In this document: one piece after another, positions 23,737 through 32,102 of the stretch | How positions within the stretch are numbered: the stretch's first letter is position 1 | Layout: each line of letters opens with the position of its first letter | Program-made: the position numbers and the translations under genes | Notes under the pieces: generated by a model | The model's database searches: none | What the model was told of the DNA's origin: nothing | The model's input: only the letters and a program-made list of their open reading frames with translations | From: an uncultured Eubacteriales bacterium | GTDB taxonomy: Bacteria; Bacillota; Clostridia; Oscillospirales; Acutalibacteraceae | Length of the DNA stretch: 40,868 nt | NCBI GenBank assembly: GCA_964371665.1 | Contig: CAYJNP010000001.1 | Span: forward strand, 37,862 to 78,729 | Reading direction: 5' to 3'

Positions 23737-23767
23737 GAAAATAGAACTTATTGTTCTATTTCTTTTA
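23737..23767. terminator. bidirectional terminator between convergent genes
   Basis: 9-bp stem aaatagaac (23739-23747) / gttctattt (23753-23761) with loop ttatt. A-run upstream and T-rich tract downstream. Overlaps the last codons of the ATPase gene. Confidence 0.65.
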
Positions 23768-26270
23768 TTTTTTCTATACTTTTTGAAGTCCAATTTACCA
23801 TTTTGCTTAATAAATAATATAATGGTGTTCCAAATATAAAGATAGCAACTAATAATAAATAGTTACCTGTATTTAGATATTTTAAACTGTCTGAAGCTGT
23901 TATAAAATCACCTTTAAATAAATTAACTAAAGAAGAATGATAATCGAAAATCATATCTTTTAAACTATCCAATCCATTTTTAGAGGAATAAAATGTAACT
24001 AGTACAATATCTGGATTGACTAATAAAATACCTATTCCTAAAATCATAGATATTATGACGACTATTTTTTTATAATTATTTAATGGTTTACATAAAATTA
24101 TTAATAATATATAACCGGAAACAGCCATAGATAATAATGCCATAGAATCTCTTACATATATATTTCCAGGATTAAAAGCATGTATCGAGAATATAATTGC
24201 AACTGGAAAGAATATTAATAAAGCAGAACTTATTGAATTCAATATTACTCCTTTGATAAATCTTCCGGATATTGGATGGGATGATTTTTGCAAAGATAAA
24301 AATAGAGAACTAAATCCTATAATTGCTGTTTCAAATATTGTAAAATTTTCAGTACTAAATGGATATTTTCCACCTAACATAATTATTGAATAAATTGACA
24401 TTAATATTACAAAAAATGTTTTCATTAAAAATAAAGTTGATGTTAATTGAATATTATTTATAACTCTTCTTCCTTCATTTACAACTTTAGGAAGATTTGA
24501 AAAATCAGAATCCATTAACACGACTTGAGATACTGCTTTGCTAGCCTCTGATCCAGAAGCCATTGCAATAGAACAATTTGCTGTTTTTAATGCTAAAATA
24601 TCATTTACACCATCACCAGTCATTGCTACATTTTTCTTATTGTCTTGTAAAGATTTTATTAAAATTGCTTTTTGTTCCGGTGAAACACGACCGAATACTG
24701 TAAATCTATTGGCTGCGTCTCTTGTTTCTTCTGCTGTTAAATGTTCTAAAGAAATGCATTTATCTGCATTATCTACACCGACTTGTTCGGCTATTCTTGA
24801 AACTGTAAGCGGATTATCACCAGAAATAATTTTAATATCTACATCGTTATCTTTGAACCATTTAATAGTATCTGCAGCCGTTTCTCTAATATTATCTTTG
24901 ATAACAAATAGAGCATATGGTATTAATTTATCATTAATTGATTTTGATTTATGATTTATTTTTTCATCATTTGCTGAAGTTGCTAAAACAACAACTCTAT
25001 AACCTTTGGAAGCATATGAATTCGCTAATTCTAAATGTTTAGGATAATGTTCTTTTTTTATTATAAATTCTGGAGCACCTAATATGAATGTTCCTCCAAC
25101 TTCAAAAGTTAATGCAGAATATTTTCTATCACTAGAGAAATCCAATTGATCTATAACTTTCATATCATTTCTTAATTTAAATCTTTCAGTTAATGCAACA
25201 TTTGTTTGATTATTTCCATTAATATAATTTAAATAATTCCCCATAATTTTTTCAACTAAATTTATATTAGCTTCTAAAATAACTGTATCAATAACTGTCA
25301 TTGTTCCATCGGTAATAGTTCCTGTTTTATCTAAACATAAAGTATCTATTCTTGCTAGAGACTCTATTGAATATAAATCTTTTACCATTGTATTGTTATT
25401 TGATAATCTAACAACACCTACAGTTAACGCTATTGTTGTTAGTAAAAACATACCAGTTGGAATTATTTGTGTCATTAAAGCACCTTGTGCTAATAAAGCT
25501 TCGTCCATATCAGTATCGCTTCCTAACATAGCCAGAAAACTGAATAATAATAGGGGAACTATTATAAAAGATAATCCTTTAATAATATTTGTTAAAGATG
25601 ATAATAAAACAGACTTTTTCTCTTTTATAGATTTTGTTTTATTTTGTAATTTATTGACAAAACAATCATTACCTATTTTATTTACAAAAGCATAAGCTTT
25701 TCCAGATACAACAAATGAACCACTTAACAATTCACTATCTTTTTCTTTTTTAATTAAATCTGATTCTCCAGTTAATAAAGACTCATTAACTTCTATTTGT
25801 CCAGATAATACTATACAATCGGCTGGTATTTGTTCACCAATATTCAATTCTATAACATCATCTAATACTAACATTTCTGATTTTATTTTATATTTATTAT
25901 CATTTCTTATAACTGTTGTACTTGGTGCGTTTATTAATTTTAAATTATCCAATGTTAATTTTGTTCTTATTTCTTGAATTATTGCAGTAGCAGTATTTAT
26001 TAAAACAGGTATTAAAAATAAATACATACTAAAAGGTGCACCGGCTATAATAAATAATAATATAGCGATCATAAAAAGAGAGTTGAAAAATGTAAATATA
26101 TTTTTATAAAAAATGTTCCATATTGTATTAGAAACTTCTACATTAGCTTTATTTATTAAACCAGCTTTTTCTCTTTCTATAACTTGTTCAACAGTTAAAC
26201 CTTTTTTAGAAACTTCATATCTTTCGATTTGAATAACTTCTAAAATTTTTTCGTTTAATAGTTTTTTCAT
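23748..26270 (-). CDS. P-type cation-transporting ATPase (E1-E2, HAD-IC type); substrate unknown
   Basis: Actuator motif LTGESD, phosphorylation motif CLDKTGTITDG, LGAPEF (KGAPE-like), hinge MTGDGVNDILALKTANCSIAM, and multiple hydrophobic helices at both ends. No N-terminal metal-binding domain or CPC motif. The M4 helix reads IIPTGMF instead of the PEGL of Ca-type pumps. Confidence 0.92.
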   Translation of the reverse strand: MKKLLNEKILEVIQIERYEVSKKGLTVEQVIEREKAGLINKANVEVSNTIWNIFYKNIFTFFNSLFMIAILLFIIAGAPFSMYLFLIPVLINTATAIIQEIRTKLTLDNLKLINAPSTTVIRNDNKYKIKSEMLVLDDVIELNIGEQIPADCIVLSGQIEVNESLLTGESDLIKKEKDSELLSGSFVVSGKAYAFVNKIGNDCFVNKLQNKTKSIKEKKSVLLSSLTNIIKGLSFIIVPLLLFSFLAMLGSDTDMDEALLAQGALMTQIIPTGMFLLTTIALTVGVVRLSNNNTMVKDLYSIESLARIDTLCLDKTGTITDGTMTVIDTVILEANINLVEKIMGNYLNYINGNNQTNVALTERFKLRNDMKVIDQLDFSSDRKYSALTFEVGGTFILGAPEFIIKKEHYPKHLELANSYASKGYRVVVLATSANDEKINHKSKSINDKLIPYALFVIKDNIRETAADTIKWFKDNDVDIKIISGDNPLTVSRIAEQVGVDNADKCISLEHLTAEETRDAANRFTVFGRVSPEQKAILIKSLQDNKKNVAMTGDGVNDILALKTANCSIAMASGSEASKAVSQVVLMDSDFSNLPKVVNEGRRVINNIQLTSTLFLMKTFFVILMSIYSIIMLGGKYPFSTENFTIFETAIIGFSSLFLSLQKSSHPISGRFIKGVILNSISSALLIFFPVAIIFSIHAFNPGNIYVRDSMALLSMAVSGYILLIILCKPLNNYKKIVVIISMILGIGILLVNPDIVLVTFYSSKNGLDSLKDMIFDYHSSLVNLFKGDFITASDSLKYLNTGNYLLLVAIFIFGTPLYYLLSKMVNWTSKSIEKIKEIEQ

Positions 26271-26321
26271 TTCTTTTCCTTTCTTATTAATAAAGAACGG
26301 AAATCATAAAGATTCCCATTC

Positions 26322-27062
26322 TTAGAATTTTATTAATTTCTCCATAGGAGATGTTTTTTCTTCTCGATTTTCTCGATTATGTAAAATTGCAGCAGCAATT
26401 TGTTGTTTTGAGTCTTCACCCATTATACCAGTAAATGTACTTGTTAATTCTGGTAATTTATTCAATTTAACTTGTTTATAATTATACATTGCTTTAGGAT
26501 TATTATTTATATAAAATCTAAATGCTTCAACTATTTTATTTTTATTTCTAAATAATTCTGAAATTAATAATTCATAAGTTGTTGATGAAACACCTAATCC
26601 TATATAACCACTTGCTTCCATAGCATTTATTAATAGAGGCAGAATAGAATCGTAAGAAATAATTTTAGGCATTTTTCCTTCTTCTATTAATTTAGAAATG
26701 AAGAAAACCAAATCATCAGGATCTTCCATATGGTTTAAATCATAACAAAAAGCATCTCCGGGTTTTAATTTGAAAACGATATAATCATCTGCTTCTATAC
26801 CTGGTTTCAATCTACCAGACCATTTATATTTTTCAGAAAAGCTAAACATCATTTTAATCGGATAACTTAATTTATAAACTTTATCTTTAAATTTAAATAA
26901 GAATAAACCTATTGTTTCTATATTTTCACCTATTTGTCTAGCCATAGCACTTTTAGTACCACTCATATAACTTTCTGGAATATATATTTCTAATAATAAA
27001 TCTTTAAAAGTTAATTGTGTTCTTAGGTCTATTTTTTCTTCTTTTAGAAAACTATACTTCAT
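26322..27062 (-). CDS. hypothetical protein
   Basis: ORF-track frame. Of the clustered starts (TTG 27074, ATG 27065, ATG 27062), the ATG at 27062 has the best spacing to GGTGA. Confidence 0.6.
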   Translation of the reverse strand: MKYSFLKEEKIDLRTQLTFKDLLLEIYIPESYMSGTKSAMARQIGENIETIGLFLFKFKDKVYKLSYPIKMMFSFSEKYKWSGRLKPGIEADDYIVFKLKPGDAFCYDLNHMEDPDDLVFFISKLIEEGKMPKIISYDSILPLLINAMEASGYIGLGVSSTTYELLISELFRNKNKIVEAFRFYINNNPKAMYNYKQVKLNKLPELTSTFTGIMGEDSKQQIAAAILHNRENREEKTSPMEKLIKF

Positions 27063-27534
27063 CATTATCACCAACTAATTCTTTTGTTATTTTTTCTTTG
27101 AACATACCAGAAGAAGATAAACTTCCTATTCCAGCTTTCAAATCTTTTCTAAATCTGAATACAAATTTTTTTGCATAAATTTCATCTCTTTTTATTATAA
27201 TTACAACTGGAACACCGTAATCTAATCTAGTCACTTCTATATGATATAAAATTCCTATATTGTCTTCTATTCCATTATATTTATCCATTAAATTATCTAA
27301 ATAAGAACGAATTTCTTGCTCAGTCATTACATCACCAATCATTTGTCTTAATATATGTAAATCTTGTCTTAATTCTATTCTTTCTTTACAAAAATTATTA
27401 ATTTCTCCAAATAATAGATGTTTTATCTTAGGATAGTAAATTGAATTTTCAATATTAGGGTTTAAAGAGTCACCAACATTTATCATTATCTCATTTAATT
27501 GTGAAAATGTTTTAGGATCTTTTTTGATGATCAT
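27052..27534 (-). CDS. hypothetical protein
   Basis: 160-codon ORF. SD GGGGTGATTTC precedes the ATG. Confidence 0.65.
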   Translation of the reverse strand: MIIKKDPKTFSQLNEIMINVGDSLNPNIENSIYYPKIKHLLFGEINNFCKERIELRQDLHILRQMIGDVMTEQEIRSYLDNLMDKYNGIEDNIGILYHIEVTRLDYGVPVVIIIKRDEIYAKKFVFRFRKDLKAGIGSLSSSGMFKEKITKELVGDNDEV

Positions 27535-27538
27535 GAAA

Positions 27539-28120
27539 TCACCCCATCAAACAATTTGATAATTCTTTAATTAATAATAAATTTTTTACTGATTCATTAA
27601 CAACTTCTAAAGATAAATCTTCAATTTTTATATGATTTAATTGATCATATAAATTATCACTATAAATTTCTTCTTTAGTTTTTATTTTAGATAAATTTTT
27701 ATGTAAAATATCTGCATTTTTTATTTCATATTTATCGCAATATTCTTCCATATTATTCCCTAAAAAATTTTTCATATTAGTAAATTCATCTTTAGTTTCT
27801 TCAAATTCTAATAATAAATTTCCAATATAAGCAACTTTCATTGCTTCTTTTAAAGATAGTTTTAAACCATTTCTAGAAGATAACATTATATTTCTTAAAT
27901 TTTCTGCTGTTTTTAAAGATAAAATATCTTTAACTTCAGAGTTATTTCTAAATGCAAAATAATTTGCAATTGCATCTTCAGTTGATTCATTTATTAAATT
28001 AGAACCTTCTACTAATACTTTATTCAAAGTATTTTCAACTTCTTCTTTAATTTCTTTTTTATATTTATTCATTGTTGTGACTTGTTTCACAAAATTTTCT
28101 TTTATAACATTTTTAATCAT
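27539..28120 (-). CDS. hypothetical protein
   Basis: ORF-track frame. The ATG at 28120 (MIKNVIKENF) overlaps the upstream stop (ATGATTAA). The track start at 28132 is a GTG. Confidence 0.6.
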   Translation of the reverse strand: MIKNVIKENFVKQVTTMNKYKKEIKEEVENTLNKVLVEGSNLINESTEDAIANYFAFRNNSEVKDILSLKTAENLRNIMLSSRNGLKLSLKEAMKVAYIGNLLLEFEETKDEFTNMKNFLGNNMEEYCDKYEIKNADILHKNLSKIKTKEEIYSDNLYDQLNHIKIEDLSLEVVNESVKNLLLIKELSNCLMG

Positions 28121-28928
28121 TATATCGACCACTTTCTATTTTTTTATTATATAATGTATTGTTCTCTATAATTTCTTCAATTTTAGCTTTAAGTAATCTA
28201 TTTTTTTCTAATTCTAAATCATGATCAGTCATTAATGAAATAAGATGTAAAAATACTGCATTTACCCTTGATATATTTTTATTTACAATAATATCAAAAT
28301 ATAACATTCCAATAAATTTTTTAAATCCTTTTATTTTATGACATAAATTAGTAGTTAATTGTTGTCTTATTTTTCTTAAATCTTTATGAACTTGTTCTAC
28401 TGTGAAAATTAATTTGCCAGCTACAGCTTTTGTCATAAATATTTCAAAATTTACAAAGTCTAACGATAATACAGTTTCTATTAAACTATTTTCACCATGT
28501 TGCATTCTTAAATATTCAATAGTTTCTTCAATAGGGACATATCCTTTAATATTTAAATCACTTGTTCCTGTTATATCAAATAATTGATCTGGATTTTGTA
28601 ATTGTAGTAATTTAAAATCATTTTCATCGTCATTTAATAAACATTTAACTAATCTTTCAACATTTGCAATTGTCCATCCAGGTAAAAAACTTCTGAATCT
28701 TATATATAAAATTGCTTCTAAATTTTCTTTATCATCTATTGTTGTTTTAACTTGCTCTATAATTTCTTTTAGTACTGAAAATTCAGCATTAGAAAATTTA
28801 TAAAATAATTCTTTTTGTTCTAGTTTTTCTTCTTGAAAAATTCTTGTTTCATTTTCATTTAAATTAACTTTACCTAAAATATCAGTTAAAGCATTTTCTT
28901 TCTCATAGTTTTTCTTATTAATATTCAT
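28113..28928 (-). CDS. hypothetical protein
   Basis: 271-codon ORF whose start overlaps the upstream gene's end by 11 nt. No recognisable motifs. Confidence 0.65.
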   Translation of the reverse strand: MNINKKNYEKENALTDILGKVNLNENETRIFQEEKLEQKELFYKFSNAEFSVLKEIIEQVKTTIDDKENLEAILYIRFRSFLPGWTIANVERLVKCLLNDDENDFKLLQLQNPDQLFDITGTSDLNIKGYVPIEETIEYLRMQHGENSLIETVLSLDFVNFEIFMTKAVAGKLIFTVEQVHKDLRKIRQQLTTNLCHKIKGFKKFIGMLYFDIIVNKNISRVNAVFLHLISLMTDHDLELEKNRLLKAKIEEIIENNTLYNKKIESGRYND

Positions 28929-29754
28929 TCTTCTCTTCCATTTCTATATTTTTCAATAATTTTAATACAATTTCATTTCTTATATTTGTGAAATATTCCA
29001 TATCATCTGTTATAGCGAAATATTTATCTGATGCTTCATTATCATCAATAATTGTTAATTCTTTTCCATAATTAATCAACATTTCGTCCATTTTATTATT
29101 ATAAGTTTCATATAAATCGATAAAAGTTATTTCTTTGAATAAACCTAAACCTGAATTATAAGTAGCTCTAATATCATAGATTATTTCTGTAATATAATTT
29201 AAAATTAAATTATCTTCGAAGTTTTTAAATTTTTTCTTATCTTGTAGAACAAATAAATCTTGTTCTTCTTCGTTATTGAAAACATCTCTGTATCTATCCG
29301 CAATTATTTGTTTATTATTTATAATATATCTGTAGATTACATCTCTAATATTTTCATAGTTTCTTATGAAGAAAAATTCATATAAAACTTCATATTTTTC
29401 TAATAATTCTATAATATCAACTGTTTCATCCGTGTCCTCTCCAATTTCAACTGAATAGATTTCTCTTAAACCAAATGAAACAAGATCAATTAATTCATTT
29501 ATTCTATCTAAAAAATGTTCTTTTAAATCACTTGTAATTATATCCTCTTTATTTTTTTCTACTCTTTCTTTAAATAATGTTACAAAGTTAACCATATCGA
29601 TTAGAGAAGTTTTACCTTCTATTTGATCTTTTATATTTTTAATAACAATATCAATAGACAAATCCTCGTCGAGATTTTGAATTCTCTCTACAATGGAATA
29701 TGTTTCTTTTTCTTCTTCTTTTTCTTCTATTAATATATATCCGTTTTTTGCCAT
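28918..29754 (-). CDS. hypothetical protein (first gene of a five-gene operon)
   Basis: 278-codon ORF. SD GAAAGGAAACGACA precedes the ATG. The GAACAAT motif lies 29 nt upstream. Confidence 0.65.
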   Translation of the reverse strand: MAKNGYILIEEKEEEKETYSIVERIQNLDEDLSIDIVIKNIKDQIEGKTSLIDMVNFVTLFKERVEKNKEDIITSDLKEHFLDRINELIDLVSFGLREIYSVEIGEDTDETVDIIELLEKYEVLYEFFFIRNYENIRDVIYRYIINNKQIIADRYRDVFNNEEEQDLFVLQDKKKFKNFEDNLILNYITEIIYDIRATYNSGLGLFKEITFIDLYETYNNKMDEMLINYGKELTIIDDNEASDKYFAITDDMEYFTNIRNEIVLKLLKNIEMEEKNEY

Positions 29755-29782
29755 TGTCGTTTCCTTTCATATTTTTTATTTA

Positions 29783-29797
29783 TATAATAAATTGTTC
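29783..29797 (-). promoter_or_regulatory. phage promoter-like motif GAACAATTTATTATA
   Basis: A copy of the 15-nt motif just downstream of the terminase stop/hairpin. Confidence 0.55.
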
Positions 29798-29811
29798 TTT
29801 GCATTATAAAA

Positions 29812-29846
29812 TAATAGAAAAAATAAAAGGCTTATAAAAACCTTTT
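29812..29846 (-). terminator. weak terminator-like hairpin after the terminase gene
   Basis: The minus strand reads AAAAGG-(10 nt)-CCTTTT followed by ATTTTTTCTATT. The stem is only 6 bp with a large loop. Confidence 0.35.
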
Positions 29847-31854
29847 ATGAATTCCACTTTTTAAATGTATTTTGTAATCTATCTTCCGTTGGTGTAAAAT
29901 CTTCTTCTTTTCCATAATAAGCCCCACTATCAAAATCTCTTGATGCACTCGTTACTATACCATCGTTATTTTTTGTTCCACCGTTTAAAAATCTAGATTC
30001 TATATGATTTATAGAAACTGTTGCTCTTAAAGTTTTAGCTCTAACTTCTTCTATATTTTCAATATTAAATACTCTATGATTTAAAATTCCATATTGTTTA
30101 AAGAAATCACCATCAGAAACAGCATATCTAAATACTAGATAAGACATAACGGAGTCATCATGACATCCAGGAGATGCTTGAGGTTTCCCTTTTATTTCTA
30201 CTAATGTTCCTAATTCATTTATTATTTTTTTAGAAACGAAAACATCCGGTTCGTCTCTAACAATTGCAGTTAGCATACTGAACATCAAAGGTCTACTATA
30301 TCTATCGGTGTGAACACCATAAGTATATTCAAATCTTTTCTTTTCTATTTTTTTACTATACTCTTTTGTTACAGATGCTTCTTTTACTGATTTTTTCTTA
30401 TATATTCTTGGTTCTAATTGAGGATTTTTAATTAATCTATCTAAAATTGCTTTACCGTAACTATTTCTTTCGACCACTAATAATGAATTTATGAAATAAC
30501 TAGTCATCAGTTTATCTATTAATGAACCAAATAAGTTTATATCTATTTTTGAACTTGCTATATCGCCAACTATTCTAAAATCTGAAGGATGTATTATATT
30601 AATTACTGAGCTATCTTGATTTGTACCTCCGGCAACGTCACAAGATAGAATGTATCTTTGTTTTAAATCGGGTAATTCATAGAAATCAATAAAATAAGGA
30701 ATTCTATTTATTACTTTACCTTTAACTTCTATATCAACATCTACTCTTAGAACGAAAACAGAATCTTTAGCGTAACTATTTACAATTTCCATATCTTCAG
30801 TAGAAAATAGACCGTTATCTATTGAATTCGTCCAAACTAAATCTAATTCCCTTTTTTTCTTTAATTCGCTTGACATTTGCGAACACATTTCATCGTACCA
30901 ATCTTGTGTTCTACCTATTTCTTGCCAACTATATTGAATATGAACAAATGGTTTCTTTCCATTTTTTTTCATAAAACGTTTTATTTCTGATTCTGTCATA
31001 TCATAAAATTCATATCTAAATGGTGTACATTCTGAAATAAATTTATGAGCCCACTTACCAGTTTCTGTATCTATATTATTTGGTGTTGTTGTAAAATGCA
31101 TTCCATAAGGCACGCCGTTTCGTTTAGCATTTTCTGCTGCTGTTCTCCATGCTGGAACACAGGCATCATAAATAATATCTACTTTATTCATGAAGGCTAA
31201 CTCGTCTTTATAAATTATAGCTGAAGTCAAACCCCTACCTAACTTATCGGCTTGAGCTGCTGAAGTTGCAGATGATTTAATTAATAATTGATTTTTTAAT
31301 CTACTTATAAATTTTTCATTTACATTATCTTTATCATGTTTATGTTTAATAATTGTTTGTAAAAATCTAGGTAATAATTCCTTTATTGCTTTAAAACGTC
31401 TACCATTTTCAATAGCATCTGGATATTGTTTATTAAGATAAATTGCTTGACATCCTTTTGTTGCAAATAACATTATCCATGTATGTTCAATAACACAACC
31501 TATTGTCTTACCTTGCTGACGTGGTAATAAAGAAATAAAATTTAAATTTTTTGAAACTGCGAATGATTGAGCTAAATTTCCTAAATTTAATTTATAAGGA
31601 ATACCGTCCGACCCAGTATCTGGAATTAATACTACTTCTCTTATATAATACCATTTATTCCTACAAATTTCATTATATATTCTTATTTTTTGTTCTGCTG
31701 TTAAATTATCACTTCTAGGATCAACTCCGACTAAAGATTTATCGTATAATTTTAGCATAAATTTATTATTTTTTACACCTTTTTTCTTTAATTGGTTTGA
31801 TACGAATAAAAATGAAAGATTTTTTGTATTTATATCATAAATAAAATCAGCCAT
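29845..31854 (-). CDS. terL: terminase large subunit
   Basis: Walker A-like LPRQQGKT (compare T4 gp17 SRQLGKT), Walker B IIYKDELAF, coupling motif FTTTPN, nuclease acidic residues in SCDVAGG and CHDDSVMS. SD AGAAGTGATATA. Confidence 0.9.
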   Translation of the reverse strand: MADFIYDINTKNLSFLFVSNQLKKKGVKNNKFMLKLYDKSLVGVDPRSDNLTAEQKIRIYNEICRNKWYYIREVVLIPDTGSDGIPYKLNLGNLAQSFAVSKNLNFISLLPRQQGKTIGCVIEHTWIMLFATKGCQAIYLNKQYPDAIENGRRFKAIKELLPRFLQTIIKHKHDKDNVNEKFISRLKNQLLIKSSATSAAQADKLGRGLTSAIIYKDELAFMNKVDIIYDACVPAWRTAAENAKRNGVPYGMHFTTTPNNIDTETGKWAHKFISECTPFRYEFYDMTESEIKRFMKKNGKKPFVHIQYSWQEIGRTQDWYDEMCSQMSSELKKKRELDLVWTNSIDNGLFSTEDMEIVNSYAKDSVFVLRVDVDIEVKGKVINRIPYFIDFYELPDLKQRYILSCDVAGGTNQDSSVINIIHPSDFRIVGDIASSKIDINLFGSLIDKLMTSYFINSLLVVERNSYGKAILDRLIKNPQLEPRIYKKKSVKEASVTKEYSKKIEKKRFEYTYGVHTDRYSRPLMFSMLTAIVRDEPDVFVSKKIINELGTLVEIKGKPQASPGCHDDSVMSYLVFRYAVSDGDFFKQYGILNHRVFNIENIEEVRAKTLRATVSINHIESRFLNGGTKNNDGIVTSASRDFDSGAYYGKEEDFTPTEDRLQNTFKKWNS

Positions 31855-31872
31855 TATATCACTTCTCTTTCT

Positions 31873-31887
31873 TATAATATATTGTTC
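31873..31887 (-). promoter_or_regulatory. phage promoter-like motif GAACAATATATTATA (terminase)
   Basis: A copy of the 15-nt motif, 19 nt upstream of the terminase ATG. Confidence 0.55.
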
Positions 31888-31929
31888 GCTTTTTTAGTTG
31901 TTTTTATACATTTTTATACTAATTTCATC

Positions 31930-31944
31930 GAACAATAAATTATA
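31930..31944 (+). promoter_or_regulatory. phage promoter-like motif GAACAATAAATTATA (sheath/tube operon)
   Basis: A copy of the 15-nt motif. Divergent partner of 31873..31887. Confidence 0.55.
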
Positions 31945-31998
31945 TACTATAATATAAATTAAAATAAATCAGATAAACTAAAAGCGAAAAAATATAAA

Positions 31999-32102
31999 AA
32001 GGAGAGTCTTTACGATAGATGGATTGCTTTTATCCATATCTGTGACATAAAATGTTTCTATAATATAATGAAAATTATATTAAGTAAAGAATATAAAATA
32101 TG
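31999..32102 (+). promoter_or_regulatory. structured leader with split ribosome-binding site (sheath gene)
   Basis: AAGGAGAG (31999-32006), TCTTTAC (32007-32013), 70 nt containing the inner hairpin GATGGAT/ATCCAT, GTAAAGA (32084-32090), 9 nt (ATATAAAAT), then ATG (32100). Confidence 0.6.

Noticed and set aside
24538-25695. Plus-strand track ORFs 24538..24954 and 25393..25695 inside the ATPase gene. Also 28402..28587, 33968..34159, 34886..35077, 35083..35274 and 37177..37401 elsewhere.
   Set aside because: All lie antisense within longer ORFs that have clear motifs (P-type ATPase, tube, portal) or belong to coupled operons. No independent signals support them.
26271-26321. The imperfect hairpin GGGAATC-tttatga-TTTCC(G) between 26322..27062 and the ATPase gene as a terminator isolating the ATPase.
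   Set aside because: The stem is only about 7 bp with a G:U pair and has a poor U-tract. It is too weak to call, so the ATPase may simply be read through from the 29783 promoter.
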